64,000 bases of DNA, from assembly GCA_041492755.1 (NCBI GenBank), contig JBGPXN010000003.1:13180-77179 (forward strand). The letters are read 5' to 3'. Every line of letters starts with the position of its first letter. Within the stretch, counting starts at the first letter, position 1. This DNA comes from Candidatus Methylomirabilia bacterium (GTDB taxonomy: Bacteria; Methylomirabilota; Methylomirabilia; Rokubacteriales; CSP1-6). A model generated the notes under the pieces. That model had not been told where the DNA came from, made no database searches, and saw only the letters and a list, made by a program, of their open reading frames with translations. Positions 41,950-51,569 of the stretch are shown here, piece after piece. The position numbers and the translations under genes are program-made.

Positions 41950-42653
41950 AATGGATGGCCGTGCGGGCGATGCGCCTGCTCTTTCGGGTGCGGGCGTACG
42001 GGCAGCACGAAATTCCCCGGACCGGAGCGGTCCTGCTCGTCGCCAACCACTCGAGCCTCGTCGACCCGCCCGCGATCGGGGGACTGACCCCGCGGCCGGT
42101 CACGTTCCTGGCGAAAGCCGAGTTGTTCAGCATCCCATTCCTGGGCTGGCTGATCACCCGCCTCAATGCGCGCCCGTTGCGGCGCGCCGGCGCGGATCCG
42201 TCCGCGCTACGCCTCGCGCTGCGCGTGCTCCAGGAGCAGGGCGTGCTGCTCGTGTTCCCGGAAGGCACGCGAGGTGACGAGGGGGTGCTTCGTCCGGCCA
42301 AGGCGGGTGCGGGCATGCTGGCGCTGCTGAGCGGCGCGGCGGTGGTACCCGTGTACATCGCCGGATCGGGGCGGGCGTGGCCGCGCGGACGCTGGCTCCC
42401 ACGGCCTTGCCGGATCACGGTATGCTTTGGGGCACCCCTGCGCTTCGAGCGCCACGACGGCCACAGCCGGAAGGAGAACTATGAGGCGGCAAGCGCCGAG
42501 ATGATGTCGGCCATCGCGCGCCTCCGGGACACCGCCGCCTCCCGCGGCGGGATCGCTTTGTCCCCTGAAGCGGATCGCGCAGTCGGCGGGATGGGTGTGG
42601 GAGGACCCCAGGTCGCGCCCAAATACTCAGAGGAAAGGAACGTGCAGCAATGA
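41931..42653 (+). CDS. plsC: 1-acyl-sn-glycerol-3-phosphate acyltransferase
   Basis: ATG 41931; NH.S..DP, FLAK.ELF, FPEGTR. Confidence 0.9.
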   Translation: MLYPILKWMAVRAMRLLFRVRAYGQHEIPRTGAVLLVANHSSLVDPPAIGGLTPRPVTFLAKAELFSIPFLGWLITRLNARPLRRAGADPSALRLALRVLQEQGVLLVFPEGTRGDEGVLRPAKAGAGMLALLSGAAVVPVYIAGSGRAWPRGRWLPRPCRITVCFGAPLRFERHDGHSRKENYEAASAEMMSAIARLRDTAASRGGIALSPEADRAVGGMGVGGPQVAPKYSEERNVQQ

Positions 42654-44380
42654 TGAAGGACGAACCGCGTGAGCCTCTCGGTCGAGGTGGAAGGGAGGGC
42701 GGAGAAGACATCGCCGAGGAACGGATGGAGGAGTGGTACGACACCGGTGTCGCCGAGTTCGAGGAAGGTGAGGTCGTTCGGGGCCGCGTCGTGCACGTGG
42801 GAAGCGGTGAGGTCCTCGTCGACGTCGGCTACAAGAGCGAGGGCGCCATTCCGATCGAGGAGTTCCACCGGGGCGAGCTTCCCCGGGTCGGGGACGAGAT
42901 CGACGTCTACCTCGAGGCGAAGGAAGACTCGGAAGGCCTGATCGTCCTCTCCAAGGACAAGGCGGACAAGATCAAGGTCTGGGACGCGATCACCCAGGCC
43001 TACGAGAAGGGCTCGCCGGTGGAAGGCCGCGTGGTCGAGGTCGTCAAGGGTGGCCTCGCCGTGGACGTGGGCGTGAAGGCGTTTCTCCCCGGTTCCCAGG
43101 TCGACGTCCGTCCGGTGAAGAACCTCGCCTCGCTGATGGGTCAGACCATCCGGGCCAAGGTCATCAAGCTCAATCGCCGGCGGGGCAACGTCGTGCTGTC
43201 GCGCCGCACGGTGCTGGAGGAGGAGCGGGACGAAAAGCGCAAGCACACGCTGGAGGTCCTGCACGAGGGCCTCGTGCTCACCGGCACGGTGAAGAACATC
43301 ACCGACTACGGCGCGTTCATCGACCTCGGCGGCATCGACGGCCTGCTGCACGTGACCGACATGTCGTGGGGCCGGGTCGGCCACCCCTCCGAGCTCTTCC
43401 AGGTCGGCGACCAGGTGGAGGTCGTGGTGCTGCACTTCGACCGCGAGAGCGGGCGCGTGTCCCTGGGCTACAAGCAGAAGTCGTCGGATCCCTGGGAGCA
43501 CGTCGAGCAGACGTACCAGGCCGGCACCAAGACCAAGGGGCGGGTCGTCAGCCTCACGAACTACGGTGCCTTCGTCGAGCTGGAGCCCGGGGTGGAGGGG
43601 CTCGTGCACGTCTCCGAGATGTCGTGGACGCGGCGCGTGCGTCACCCCTCGAAGATCGTCAACGTGGGGGACGAGGTCGACGTGGTCGTGCTCGACGTCA
43701 ACCGCGCGGCCAAGCGGATCTCGCTCGGCATGAAGCAGGCCGAGGTCGATCCCTGGACGACGATCGACCAGCGCTACCGGCCGGGCGACCGGGTGCAGGG
43801 TCGCGTGCGCAACCTCACCGACTTCGGCGCATTCATCGAGCTCGAGCCGGGCGTGGACGGTCTGCTGCACATCTCGGACATGTCGTGGACGCGCAACGTC
43901 GGGCACCCCTCGGAATTGCTCAAGAAGGGGCAAGACCTCGAGACCCAGATCCTGAACATCGATCGCGACAACAAGCGGATCTCGCTTGGGCTCAAGCAGA
44001 TCCAGCCGGATCCGTGGACCACGGTGGCCCAGCGCTACCCGATGGGCTCGCGCGTGACCGGCAAGGTCGTCCGACTCACCGACTTCGGGGCCTTCGTGGA
44101 GCTCGAACCGGGGGTGGACGGCTTGCTGCACATCTCGCAGATGTCGAGCCGGCCGATCGCCACTCCGGCCGAGGTCGTGAACGTGGGTGACGAGCTGACC
44201 CTGCTCGTGATCCGCGCCGACGCCCACGAGCGGCGCATCGGGCTGAGCCTGAAGGAGCTCGCGCACGCCGTCGACATGTCGCGCGAGGTGGAGGAGCAAC
44301 GTGGTGCCGGCCATGCGCGTGGCCGAAAGGGTGGCGGGCGTCGGCAGCGCACCGACTACGACGACGACGAGGAGGAATAG
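42650..44380 (+). CDS. rpsA: 30S ribosomal protein S1
   Basis: Six S1 domains; DVGYKSEG, FLPGSQVD, repeated YGAF..L..G..GL.H..MSW. Confidence 0.97.
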   Translation: MMKDEPREPLGRGGREGGEDIAEERMEEWYDTGVAEFEEGEVVRGRVVHVGSGEVLVDVGYKSEGAIPIEEFHRGELPRVGDEIDVYLEAKEDSEGLIVLSKDKADKIKVWDAITQAYEKGSPVEGRVVEVVKGGLAVDVGVKAFLPGSQVDVRPVKNLASLMGQTIRAKVIKLNRRRGNVVLSRRTVLEEERDEKRKHTLEVLHEGLVLTGTVKNITDYGAFIDLGGIDGLLHVTDMSWGRVGHPSELFQVGDQVEVVVLHFDRESGRVSLGYKQKSSDPWEHVEQTYQAGTKTKGRVVSLTNYGAFVELEPGVEGLVHVSEMSWTRRVRHPSKIVNVGDEVDVVVLDVNRAAKRISLGMKQAEVDPWTTIDQRYRPGDRVQGRVRNLTDFGAFIELEPGVDGLLHISDMSWTRNVGHPSELLKKGQDLETQILNIDRDNKRISLGLKQIQPDPWTTVAQRYPMGSRVTGKVVRLTDFGAFVELEPGVDGLLHISQMSSRPIATPAEVVNVGDELTLLVIRADAHERRIGLSLKELAHAVDMSREVEEQRGAGHARGRKGGGRRQRTDYDDDEEE

Positions 44381-44387
44381 GTAGACC

Positions 44388-45275
44388 GTGGGCCGGCGGG
44401 CGAGCGTCCTCGCCCTCGCGCTGCTCCTTTACATCGGCGTCGCAGGCCTGTTCCTCCTCAGCGTCTCGGCGCTGGGGTCGGGGTGGGAGGCCGGCTTCGG
44501 CTTCGGTCCCCGCGTGGCCGTGGTCGAGGTCGAGGGCATGATCGTGGACGCGGAAGAGATCCTTCGCGACCTCAAGGCGCACCGCGAGAACCCGCTCGTC
44601 CGTGCGGTGGTGATTCGCATCAACAGCCCCGGCGGGGTGGTGGCGCCCACGCAGGAGATCTATCAAGCGGTCCAGCGCGTGCGTGAGGCGGGTAAGCCGG
44701 TGGTCGCCTCGCTGGGCTCGGTGGCGGCATCCGGCGGCTACTACATCGCCGCCGCCGCCAACGAGATCTACGCGAACCCCGGCACGCTCACCGGCTCGAT
44801 CGGCGTCATCATGCAGCTCGCCAACGTCGAGAGCTTGATGAAGAAGATCGGTGTCGAGTGGGTCGTGGTGAAGGCGGGGGCGTTCAAGGATCTCGGCAAC
44901 GTCGGGCGCCCGATGACGCCCGAGGAGCGGCGCGTGCTGCAAGCACTGCTCGATGACGTCCACGGCCAGTTCATCGCCGCCGTCGCGGAGGGGCGCAAGC
45001 TCGACCGCGCCGAGGTCGTGCGCTTCGCCGACGGGCGCGTGTTCACCGGTGCGCAGGCGCAGTCGCTCAAGATGGTGGACAAGCTCGGCGGCTTCGAAGA
45101 CGCCATCGACGCCGCTGGCCGCCTTGCCGGCCTTGCCGCGCCGCCCCGCGTGATACCGCCCCGCCGGCGCTTCTCGATCTTCGATCTGGTGAAAAACCAG
45201 ATAGGTCTCCCGTATCCCTCCGCGCTCACTCGCTCGCTTCCGGTGTTCAAGACGCCGCTCTACCTCATGGAGTAG
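44388..45275 (+). CDS. sppA: Signal peptide peptidase SppA (short form)
   Basis: RINSPGG, AASGGYY, TGSIGV, K.G.FKD, DGRVFTG. Confidence 0.93.
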   Translation: MGRRASVLALALLLYIGVAGLFLLSVSALGSGWEAGFGFGPRVAVVEVEGMIVDAEEILRDLKAHRENPLVRAVVIRINSPGGVVAPTQEIYQAVQRVREAGKPVVASLGSVAASGGYYIAAAANEIYANPGTLTGSIGVIMQLANVESLMKKIGVEWVVVKAGAFKDLGNVGRPMTPEERRVLQALLDDVHGQFIAAVAEGRKLDRAEVVRFADGRVFTGAQAQSLKMVDKLGGFEDAIDAAGRLAGLAAPPRVIPPRRRFSIFDLVKNQIGLPYPSALTRSLPVFKTPLYLME

Positions 45276-45277
45276 TG

Positions 45278-45352
45278 ACATGGGGGGCCCCGATATGGCC
45301 CCCCATACCCCCCGCCGCTCGGAGCGCCCCGGGAAACCCGGGGCGCTCCTCG
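45278..45352 (+). repeat. Modular palindromic repeat, copy 2 (two hairpins)
   Basis: ACATGGGGGGCCCCGATATGGCCCCCCAT ... GGAGCGCCCCGGGAAACCCGGGGCGCTCCTCG; second module identical to 36594-36625. Confidence 0.9.
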
Positions 45353-45476
45353 TTCTCGGTTACTCCGACAGGCTGCTGGGGTAGGGCGGGCCGCGTCGGG
45401 GCCCCTGCGCCTCCGGCGCTCGGAGTCCGCCTGCCCTCCTCGGTCTGCCTGGGTGACCCCTAACTTGCTGCGGAAG

Positions 45477-45506
45477 TTGACATTCTCGCGGATTGCATGC
45501 TAGGGT
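45477..45506 (+). promoter_or_regulatory. Sigma70 promoter for ihfB
   Basis: TTGACA (45477-45482), 18 nt including a TG extension, TAGGGT (45501-45506). Confidence 0.6.
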
Positions 45507-45546
45507 TCGTTCTGGCTCGAACACGCGGAATCACCGTGACGGAGCG

Positions 45547-45825
45547 ATGATGACGAAAGCCGAGTTGATCGACGAGGTCTCCCGGATCGCGAATCTGACC
45601 AAGAAGGAGACCGAGACGATCGTCAACACCATCTTCGACAACATCACCGAGGCGCTCGCGACTGGTGACAAGGTCGAGTTGCGGGGCTTCGGCAGCTTCC
45701 GCATCCGTCATCGCAATTCCCGCAAGGGCCGGAATCCCAAGACCGGATCTCCCGTCGACGTCCCGCAGAAGCGGGTGCCCTTCTTCAAGGTGGGCAAGCG
45801 ACTGCGCGAGCTCGTGAACACGTGA
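45547..45825 (+). CDS. ihfB: Integration host factor beta / HU family
   Basis: MTKAELI, VELRGFGSF, GRNPKTG, PFFK.GK.LRE.VN; rpsA-sppA-ihfB context. Confidence 0.88.
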   Translation: MMTKAELIDEVSRIANLTKKETETIVNTIFDNITEALATGDKVELRGFGSFRIRHRNSRKGRNPKTGSPVDVPQKRVPFFKVGKRLRELVNT

Positions 45826-45841
45826 GGCGACGCCTGGCGGC

Positions 45842-46327
45842 GTGACGAAGCGCCTCTGGGCCCCCTGGCGGATGGCCTACATCGGGAGCGCCAGGGCCGC
45901 CGCCGGTTGCGTCTTCTGCGAGGCTCTATCCCGCACCGACGACCGCGCGAGCCTCGTCCTCACGCGCGGTGACCGGGCCTACCTGATCCTCAACGCGTAT
46001 CCCTATACGTCCGGTCACCTCATGGCCGTGATCAATCGCCACGTCGGCGACGTGACCCAGGCCACCGCCGAGGAGTGGGCGGCGGTGATGGGATTGGCCG
46101 CGACGGCCGCGGGCGCGCTCAGTGCCGAGTACGGCGCCGACGGGTTCAACATCGGGATCAACCAGGGACGGGTGGCGGGCGCGGGCATCGAGGGCCACCT
46201 GCACGTGCACGTCGTTCCACGCTGGCACGGCGATTCCAACTTCATGGGCGTGGTCGGCGACGTGCGCGTGCTGCCGGAGGCGCTCGAGCAGACCTGGAAA
46301 CGGCTCAAGGCGCGGCTGCATGGCTGA
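45842..46327 (+). CDS. HIT family hydrolase (FHIT/Ap4A-type)
   Basis: LWAPWR..YI, CVFC, LN.YPY.SGH, GFN.G.NQG..AGAG, HLHVHVVPRW.GD.NF. Confidence 0.92.
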   Translation: MTKRLWAPWRMAYIGSARAAAGCVFCEALSRTDDRASLVLTRGDRAYLILNAYPYTSGHLMAVINRHVGDVTQATAEEWAAVMGLAATAAGALSAEYGADGFNIGINQGRVAGAGIEGHLHVHVVPRWHGDSNFMGVVGDVRVLPEALEQTWKRLKARLHG

Positions 46328-48887
46328 GCCGGCCAGCCTCACGCCGATGATGCGGCAGTACCGCGAGCTCAAGCAGCGGTATCCCGACTACTTCCTGCTC
46401 TTCCGTCTCGGCGATTTCTACGAGCTGTTCTTCGAGGACGCCGAAGCCGGCGCACGGCTGCTCTCGATCACGCTGACCTCGCGCCAGGGCGCGCCCATGG
46501 CCGGCATCCCGCACCACGCGGCCGAGGGCTACATCGCGCGGCTGGTGCAGGCCGGGCGGAAGATCGCGCTCTGCGAGCAGATGGAGGCGCCCGGGCCGGG
46601 CAAGAAGCTGTTGCGGAGGGACGTGGTGCGGCTCATCACGCCGGGCACGATCACGGACACCGCCTACCTGCCCGGCGCCGCCAACAACTTCCTGCTCGCG
46701 GTCGCGCCGGCCCGTGACCTGCTCGGCGTCGCGCTCGTCGACGTCTCCACCGGCGAGTTCTGGGTGGGGGAGGACGGCGCCGGCGACGACGGCGTGCTCG
46801 CCGCCGCATTGCTCCGTCGCCCCGCCGAAGTCCTGCTGCCCGAGTCGGTGAAGGAGCGGCCGCAGCTCGCGCGCCGGCTCGAAGCCACCGGCGCCACCCT
46901 CACCTTCGCGGACGCGGCGGCGATGCCGCCCCGGCGCGCCGCCGCCGATCTCTGCGCGCACTTCAGCGTGCCGACGCTCGACGCGTACGGACTCGGCGAC
47001 ATGACGGCGGGCCTGCAAGCCGCCGCGGGCGCGCTGGGCTACTTGCGCGCGACCCAGGGCGAGGCGCTCGGGCACCTCACACGCCTGGCCCGCCTGGCCA
47101 CCGCCGACGCGATGACCATTGACGAGACCGCGGTGGAGACGCTTGAGCTGCTGGACACGCGCGGCGGCCAGCCCCGCGGCTCGTTGCTCGGCGTCCTCAA
47201 CCAGACCGTCACCCCGATGGGCGCGCGCCTGCTTCGCCAGTGGCTGCTGCGCCCGCTCCTCGACCCGGACGCCATCGCCGCCCGTCACGACGCGGTCGCG
47301 GCGCTGGTGGAAGCGCCCGCGGCCCGCACGCGCCTGCGCGCTCTGCTGGGCCACGTCGGCGATCTGGAGCGGCTCACGAGCCGCGCCACGCTGGGCGTCG
47401 CGCATGCGCGCGATCTCGTCGGTCTCCGCTCCTGCCTGGCGCCGCTCGACGACGTTCGCGACGCCTGCGCCGGCGTTCCGGCGGCGCTGATCGAGACGGC
47501 GCGCGACGATCTCGCCCCGCTCGACGCGCTCGCCCGGCTGCTTCAAGACGCGCTCGTCGACGAGCCGCCGCTCACGCTGCACGACGGCGGTCTCATTCGC
47601 GAGACGTGGAGCGAGCCGCTCGCGGCCCTCATCGCGGACGCGCGCGAGGCCCGGCGGTGGATCGCCGGGCTCGAGGCGCGCGAGCGCGCGCGCACCGGCA
47701 TCTCGAGCTTGCGCGTGCGCTACAACCGTGTCTTCGGCTACGGCATCGAGGTGACGCACGCCCAGACCGGCCGCGTTCCCGAGGACTACGTGCGGCGCCA
47801 GACGCTGACGGGCGCGGAACGCTACGTCACCGCCGAGCTCAAGGAGGCCGAGGCGCGCGTGCTCGGCGCGGACGAGCGGCGCCGCAAGCTCGAGTACGAG
47901 CTGTTCGAGGACGTGCGACGCCGAGCGGCGGCGGATGCGGCGGCCGTGCTGGCGACCGCGCGGGCGCTCGGGCGGCTCGACGTGCTGGCGGCGCTGGCCG
48001 AAGTCGCGCATGCGCGCGGGCACGTCCGGCCGGTCGTGGATCGGAGCGATTCGCTCCTGATCGTCGAGGGCCGGCACCCGGTGCTGGAGGCCCGACCCGG
48101 CGAGCCGGTGACGCCGAACGACCTCGCGCTCGATCGCGAGGCGCGGGTCGTCATCCTCACCGGGCCGAACATGGCCGGCAAGTCGGTCTACCTCCGCCAG
48201 GCCGGGCATATCGTGATCCTGGCCCAGATGGGCGCGTTCGTGCCGGCGCGCGAGGCCCGGCTCGGCGTCGTCGACCGCGTGTTCACGCGCGTGGGCGCCC
48301 AGGACAACCTCGGCCGTGGGCAGAGCACCTTCCTGGTCGAGATGGTCGAGACGGCCAACATCCTGAACAACGTCACGCCGCGCAGCCTCGTCCTGCTCGA
48401 CGAGGTTGGCCGCGGCACGTCCACGTTCGACGGCCTGGCCATCGCGTGGGCGGTGGTCGAGGCCCTGCACGACGACACGCGCGGCCCCAAGGTCTTGTTT
48501 GCGACCCACTTCCACGAGCTGACCCAGCTCGCCCAGCGGCTGGCCGGTGTGCGAAACCTCCACGTCGCGGTCCGGGAGTGGAACGACGAGATCGTCTTTC
48601 TTCACAAGGTCCAGCCCGGAAGTACCGATCGAAGCTATGGAATTCAGGTCGCCCGCCTGGCCGGTCTGCCGGCGGCGGTGATCACCCGAGCCAAGGGATT
48701 GCTGGCCGAGCTCGAAGCCTCTCGCCAGCAGGCCGCCGATCAGAGCGATGCCGAGCAGCTCGGATTGTTCGCGGCCGCCGGTCCCGATCCGCTCGCCACC
48801 GAGCTCGCCCAGCTCGACCTCGCCCACCTCACGCCGCTGGAGGCGCTGAATCTCCTGGCGAAGTGGCAGCAGCGCGTCGCGCGATGA
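46320..48887 (+). CDS. mutS: DNA mismatch repair protein MutS
   Basis: ATG 46320; TPMM.QY, GDFYELF, TGPNMAGKS, STF.VEM, DEVGRGTST, SYGI.VA, QLGLF. Confidence 0.97.
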   Translation: MAEPASLTPMMRQYRELKQRYPDYFLLFRLGDFYELFFEDAEAGARLLSITLTSRQGAPMAGIPHHAAEGYIARLVQAGRKIALCEQMEAPGPGKKLLRRDVVRLITPGTITDTAYLPGAANNFLLAVAPARDLLGVALVDVSTGEFWVGEDGAGDDGVLAAALLRRPAEVLLPESVKERPQLARRLEATGATLTFADAAAMPPRRAAADLCAHFSVPTLDAYGLGDMTAGLQAAAGALGYLRATQGEALGHLTRLARLATADAMTIDETAVETLELLDTRGGQPRGSLLGVLNQTVTPMGARLLRQWLLRPLLDPDAIAARHDAVAALVEAPAARTRLRALLGHVGDLERLTSRATLGVAHARDLVGLRSCLAPLDDVRDACAGVPAALIETARDDLAPLDALARLLQDALVDEPPLTLHDGGLIRETWSEPLAALIADAREARRWIAGLEARERARTGISSLRVRYNRVFGYGIEVTHAQTGRVPEDYVRRQTLTGAERYVTAELKEAEARVLGADERRRKLEYELFEDVRRRAAADAAAVLATARALGRLDVLAALAEVAHARGHVRPVVDRSDSLLIVEGRHPVLEARPGEPVTPNDLALDREARVVILTGPNMAGKSVYLRQAGHIVILAQMGAFVPAREARLGVVDRVFTRVGAQDNLGRGQSTFLVEMVETANILNNVTPRSLVLLDEVGRGTSTFDGLAIAWAVVEALHDDTRGPKVLFATHFHELTQLAQRLAGVRNLHVAVREWNDEIVFLHKVQPGSTDRSYGIQVARLAGLPAAVITRAKGLLAELEASRQQAADQSDAEQLGLFAAAGPDPLATELAQLDLAHLTPLEALNLLAKWQQRVAR

Positions 48888-50596
48888 CGAATGCCGTGAT
48901 CGGCCGAATCCGTCGACTGCCCGACCACCTGGTCAACAAGATCGCGGCCGGCGAGGTCGTCGAGCGGCCGGCGTCCGTGGTGAAGGAGCTGGTCGAGAAC
49001 GCGCTCGATGCCGGGGCGCGCGCGATCACGATCGATCTGCGCGACGGCGGCACCAGCGCGATCCGGGTGACCGATGACGGCGGCGGGATGACGGCGGACG
49101 AGCTCGAGCTGGCGCTGGAGCGCCACGCCACCTCCAAGCTCCCGCGGGACGAAGACCTCGACGCCATCGCGACGCTGGGCTTCCGCGGCGAAGCGTTGCC
49201 CGCCATCTGCGCGGTGTCGCGCTTCACCATTACCACCGCGGTGGGGGGGACCAGTGCGGTGCCGGGCGCGGGCCAGGGCACGCGCGTGGCCGGGGAAGGC
49301 GGCACGATCAGCCAGCGGCTCGCGGTGCCCGCGGTGGGCGGCACCACCGTTGAGGTCGCCGACGTGTTCTTCAACACGCCCGCGCGGCTGAAGTTCTTGA
49401 AGTCCGCGGCGACCGAGCTGGCGATGAGCGTGCGTGCGGTGACGGTGCTCGCGGTCGCGCATTCCGACGTCCAGTTCCGCATGAGCAACAACGGCCGGGC
49501 GGTGCTGACCGCGCCCGCCGCGCGCGATCTCCGCTCGCGCATGGGGGCGCTCTGGGGCCACGACACGGCCGGGCGGCTGCTCGCCGTGGATCACGTCGAG
49601 CACGGCGTGGCCATCGCGGGCCTCGTGAGCCCGCCCGACGTCACCCGTGGGGGCCGCGACGACGTCGTCATCACCGTCAACGGCCGGCCGGTGCGGGACC
49701 CGCAGCTCTTCCACGCCGTGCTCGACGCGTATCGGCCGTTGCTTCCACGCGAGCGATTTCCGCTGACCGGCCTGGGCCTGGTCGTTCCGCCCACCGACGT
49801 CGACGTGAACGTGCATCCGACGAAGGCATGGGTCCGGTTCCGTCATCCCCGGCTCGTGCACGAGATCCTCGTCGCGGGAGTCGGGACGGCGTTGCGCCGA
49901 CACGCCGTCGTGCCGGCGGTGACGCGCCCGGCCAACGCGCCGCCCCCGGTGACGTTCACCGGGGCGCCCGAGGGCGAGACGCAGCCGCGGCTGTTCGCCG
50001 AAGCGCCGGCGGCCTACGTGAAGACGGCGTTCGGGCGCGTGCTCGGACAGGTCCAGGACACGTTCGTGGTGGCGACGTCCGACGAGGAAGTGTTCTTCGT
50101 CGATCAGCACGCCGCCCACGAGCGCGTGCTGTTCGATCGGCTGCAGCACGACGTGGCCACCGGCGCGCCCGCGTCACAAGAGCTGCTGTTCCCGGAGCCC
50201 CTGGAGCTGGCGCCGGCGGATCGCGGGCTGCTGGATCGGTGGCGCGATCCGCTGGAGCGTCTGGGGTTCGCGTTCGAGCGCTTCGGGGGCGATGCCGTGG
50301 TGCTCCGCGCGGTGCCCGCGCTGCTCGGCGGCGACGAGCCCCGCCGCGTCGTCCAGGCCGTCGTCGGCGACCTCGGCGGCGCGCGGGCGGGGGAGCCGGC
50401 GGTGGACCGTGTGCTCGCGTTCGTCGCGTGCCGCGCGGCGATCAAGGCCAACACGGTGCTGGAACGCGACGAGATGGAGCGGCTGCTCGCGGATCTCGGC
50501 GCCACCACCACCCCGTACTTCTGCCCCCACGGGCGGCCCACCATGAGCCGGGTCTCGTTGGCCGACGTCCGCCGCGAGGTCAAGCGGTTGTGGTAA
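48884..50596 (+). CDS. mutL: DNA mismatch repair endonuclease MutL
   Basis: ATG 48884; IAAGEVVERPASVVKELVENALDA, GFRGEAL, DVNVHPTK, DQHAAHER, CPHGRP. Confidence 0.97.
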   Translation: MTNAVIGRIRRLPDHLVNKIAAGEVVERPASVVKELVENALDAGARAITIDLRDGGTSAIRVTDDGGGMTADELELALERHATSKLPRDEDLDAIATLGFRGEALPAICAVSRFTITTAVGGTSAVPGAGQGTRVAGEGGTISQRLAVPAVGGTTVEVADVFFNTPARLKFLKSAATELAMSVRAVTVLAVAHSDVQFRMSNNGRAVLTAPAARDLRSRMGALWGHDTAGRLLAVDHVEHGVAIAGLVSPPDVTRGGRDDVVITVNGRPVRDPQLFHAVLDAYRPLLPRERFPLTGLGLVVPPTDVDVNVHPTKAWVRFRHPRLVHEILVAGVGTALRRHAVVPAVTRPANAPPPVTFTGAPEGETQPRLFAEAPAAYVKTAFGRVLGQVQDTFVVATSDEEVFFVDQHAAHERVLFDRLQHDVATGAPASQELLFPEPLELAPADRGLLDRWRDPLERLGFAFERFGGDAVVLRAVPALLGGDEPRRVVQAVVGDLGGARAGEPAVDRVLAFVACRAAIKANTVLERDEMERLLADLGATTTPYFCPHGRPTMSRVSLADVRREVKRLW

Positions 50597-50615
50597 TGGT
50601 AGAGTCAATCGATCG

Positions 50616-51569
50616 ATGAAGTCCCCACTGCTCGTCATCGCCGGTCCCACCGGTGTCGGCAAGACCGCCACCGCGTTGGCCCTGGCCGGGCGATGGCCCC
50701 TCGAGGTCGTCAGCGCCGACTCCCGCCAGGTCTATCGCGGCATGGACGTCGCCACCGGCAAGCCAACGCACGCGGAACGGCGCTCGGTCCCGCACCATTT
50801 GGTGGACGTGGCCGACCCCGACGACGTCTACCACGCGGCCCGGTTCGCGCGCGAGGCGCATGCCGCCATCGCGGGGATCCGCGCGCGCGGGCGGCTGCCG
50901 GCCGTGGTGGGCGGGACCGGCTTGTACATCCGGGCCCTCGTGCGGGGGTTCGATCCGGCGCCGCCGGCCGATCCGGCGTTTCGCCGCGAGTTGGAGGCGC
51001 TCGTCGCGCGCGACGGCTCGCCGGCGTTGCACGCCCGGCTCGCGCGCGAGGCGCCATCGCTGGCGCGGCGACTGCATCCAAACGACCGTGTGCGCCTGGT
51101 GCGAGCGCTCGAGCTCGTCCGCGCGGGCAGCCCCGTGGGTGACGCGCGTGTGCGCTGGCAGGGCGAGGCGGACTTCGACGTGGTGGCCGTCGGCCTGACG
51201 CTCGAGCGCGCGGAGCTGGGACGCCGGCTCCGCGACCGCGCGGCCGCGATGGTTGCCGCGGGACTGGAAGACGAGGTGCGCGCGCTCCTGGCGCACGGCT
51301 ACGACCCATCGCTGCCCGCCATGGGCGGGATCGGCTATCGCGACTTCGCGGGCGTGGTTCGCGGCGAGGGGACTCGTCAGGAAGCGCTGGGGCGGATGCA
51401 GCGCGACACCGTGCGCTACGCCAAGCGCCAGTGGACCTGGTTCGCGCGCGAGCCCGGACTGCAGTGGCTCGACGTCGCGATCGCCGGTGGTCCGGAGGGC
51501 GCCGCGGCGGTGATCCAGTCCCGGCTGCGCGCGCACGGGTGGACGCCGGCCACACGGGAGACGGCGTGA
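50616..51569 (+). CDS. miaA: tRNA dimethylallyltransferase
   Basis: [38 protein letters not shown]. Confidence 0.96.
   Translation: MKSPLLVIAGPTGVGKTATALALAGRWPLEVVSADSRQVYRGMDVATGKPTHAERRSVPHHLVDVADPDDVYHAARFAREAHAAIAGIRARGRLPAVVGGTGLYIRALVRGFDPAPPADPAFRRELEALVARDGSPALHARLAREAPSLARRLHPNDRVRLVRALELVRAGSPVGDARVRWQGEADFDVVAVGLTLERAELGRRLRDRAAAMVAAGLEDEVRALLAHGYDPSLPAMGGIGYRDFAGVVRGEGTRQEALGRMQRDTVRYAKRQWTWFAREPGLQWLDVAIAGGPEGAAAVIQSRLRAHGWTPATRETA

Noticed and set aside
42650..44380. Internal DNA repeats in rpsA (also hexapeptide repeats in lpxD/lpxA)
   Set aside because: Explained by tandem S1 domains and left-handed beta-helix repeats
45462..45478. AACTT-N7-AAGTT inverted repeat touching the ihfB -35 box as an operator
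   Set aside because: Only 5-bp arms and no match to a consensus I can support
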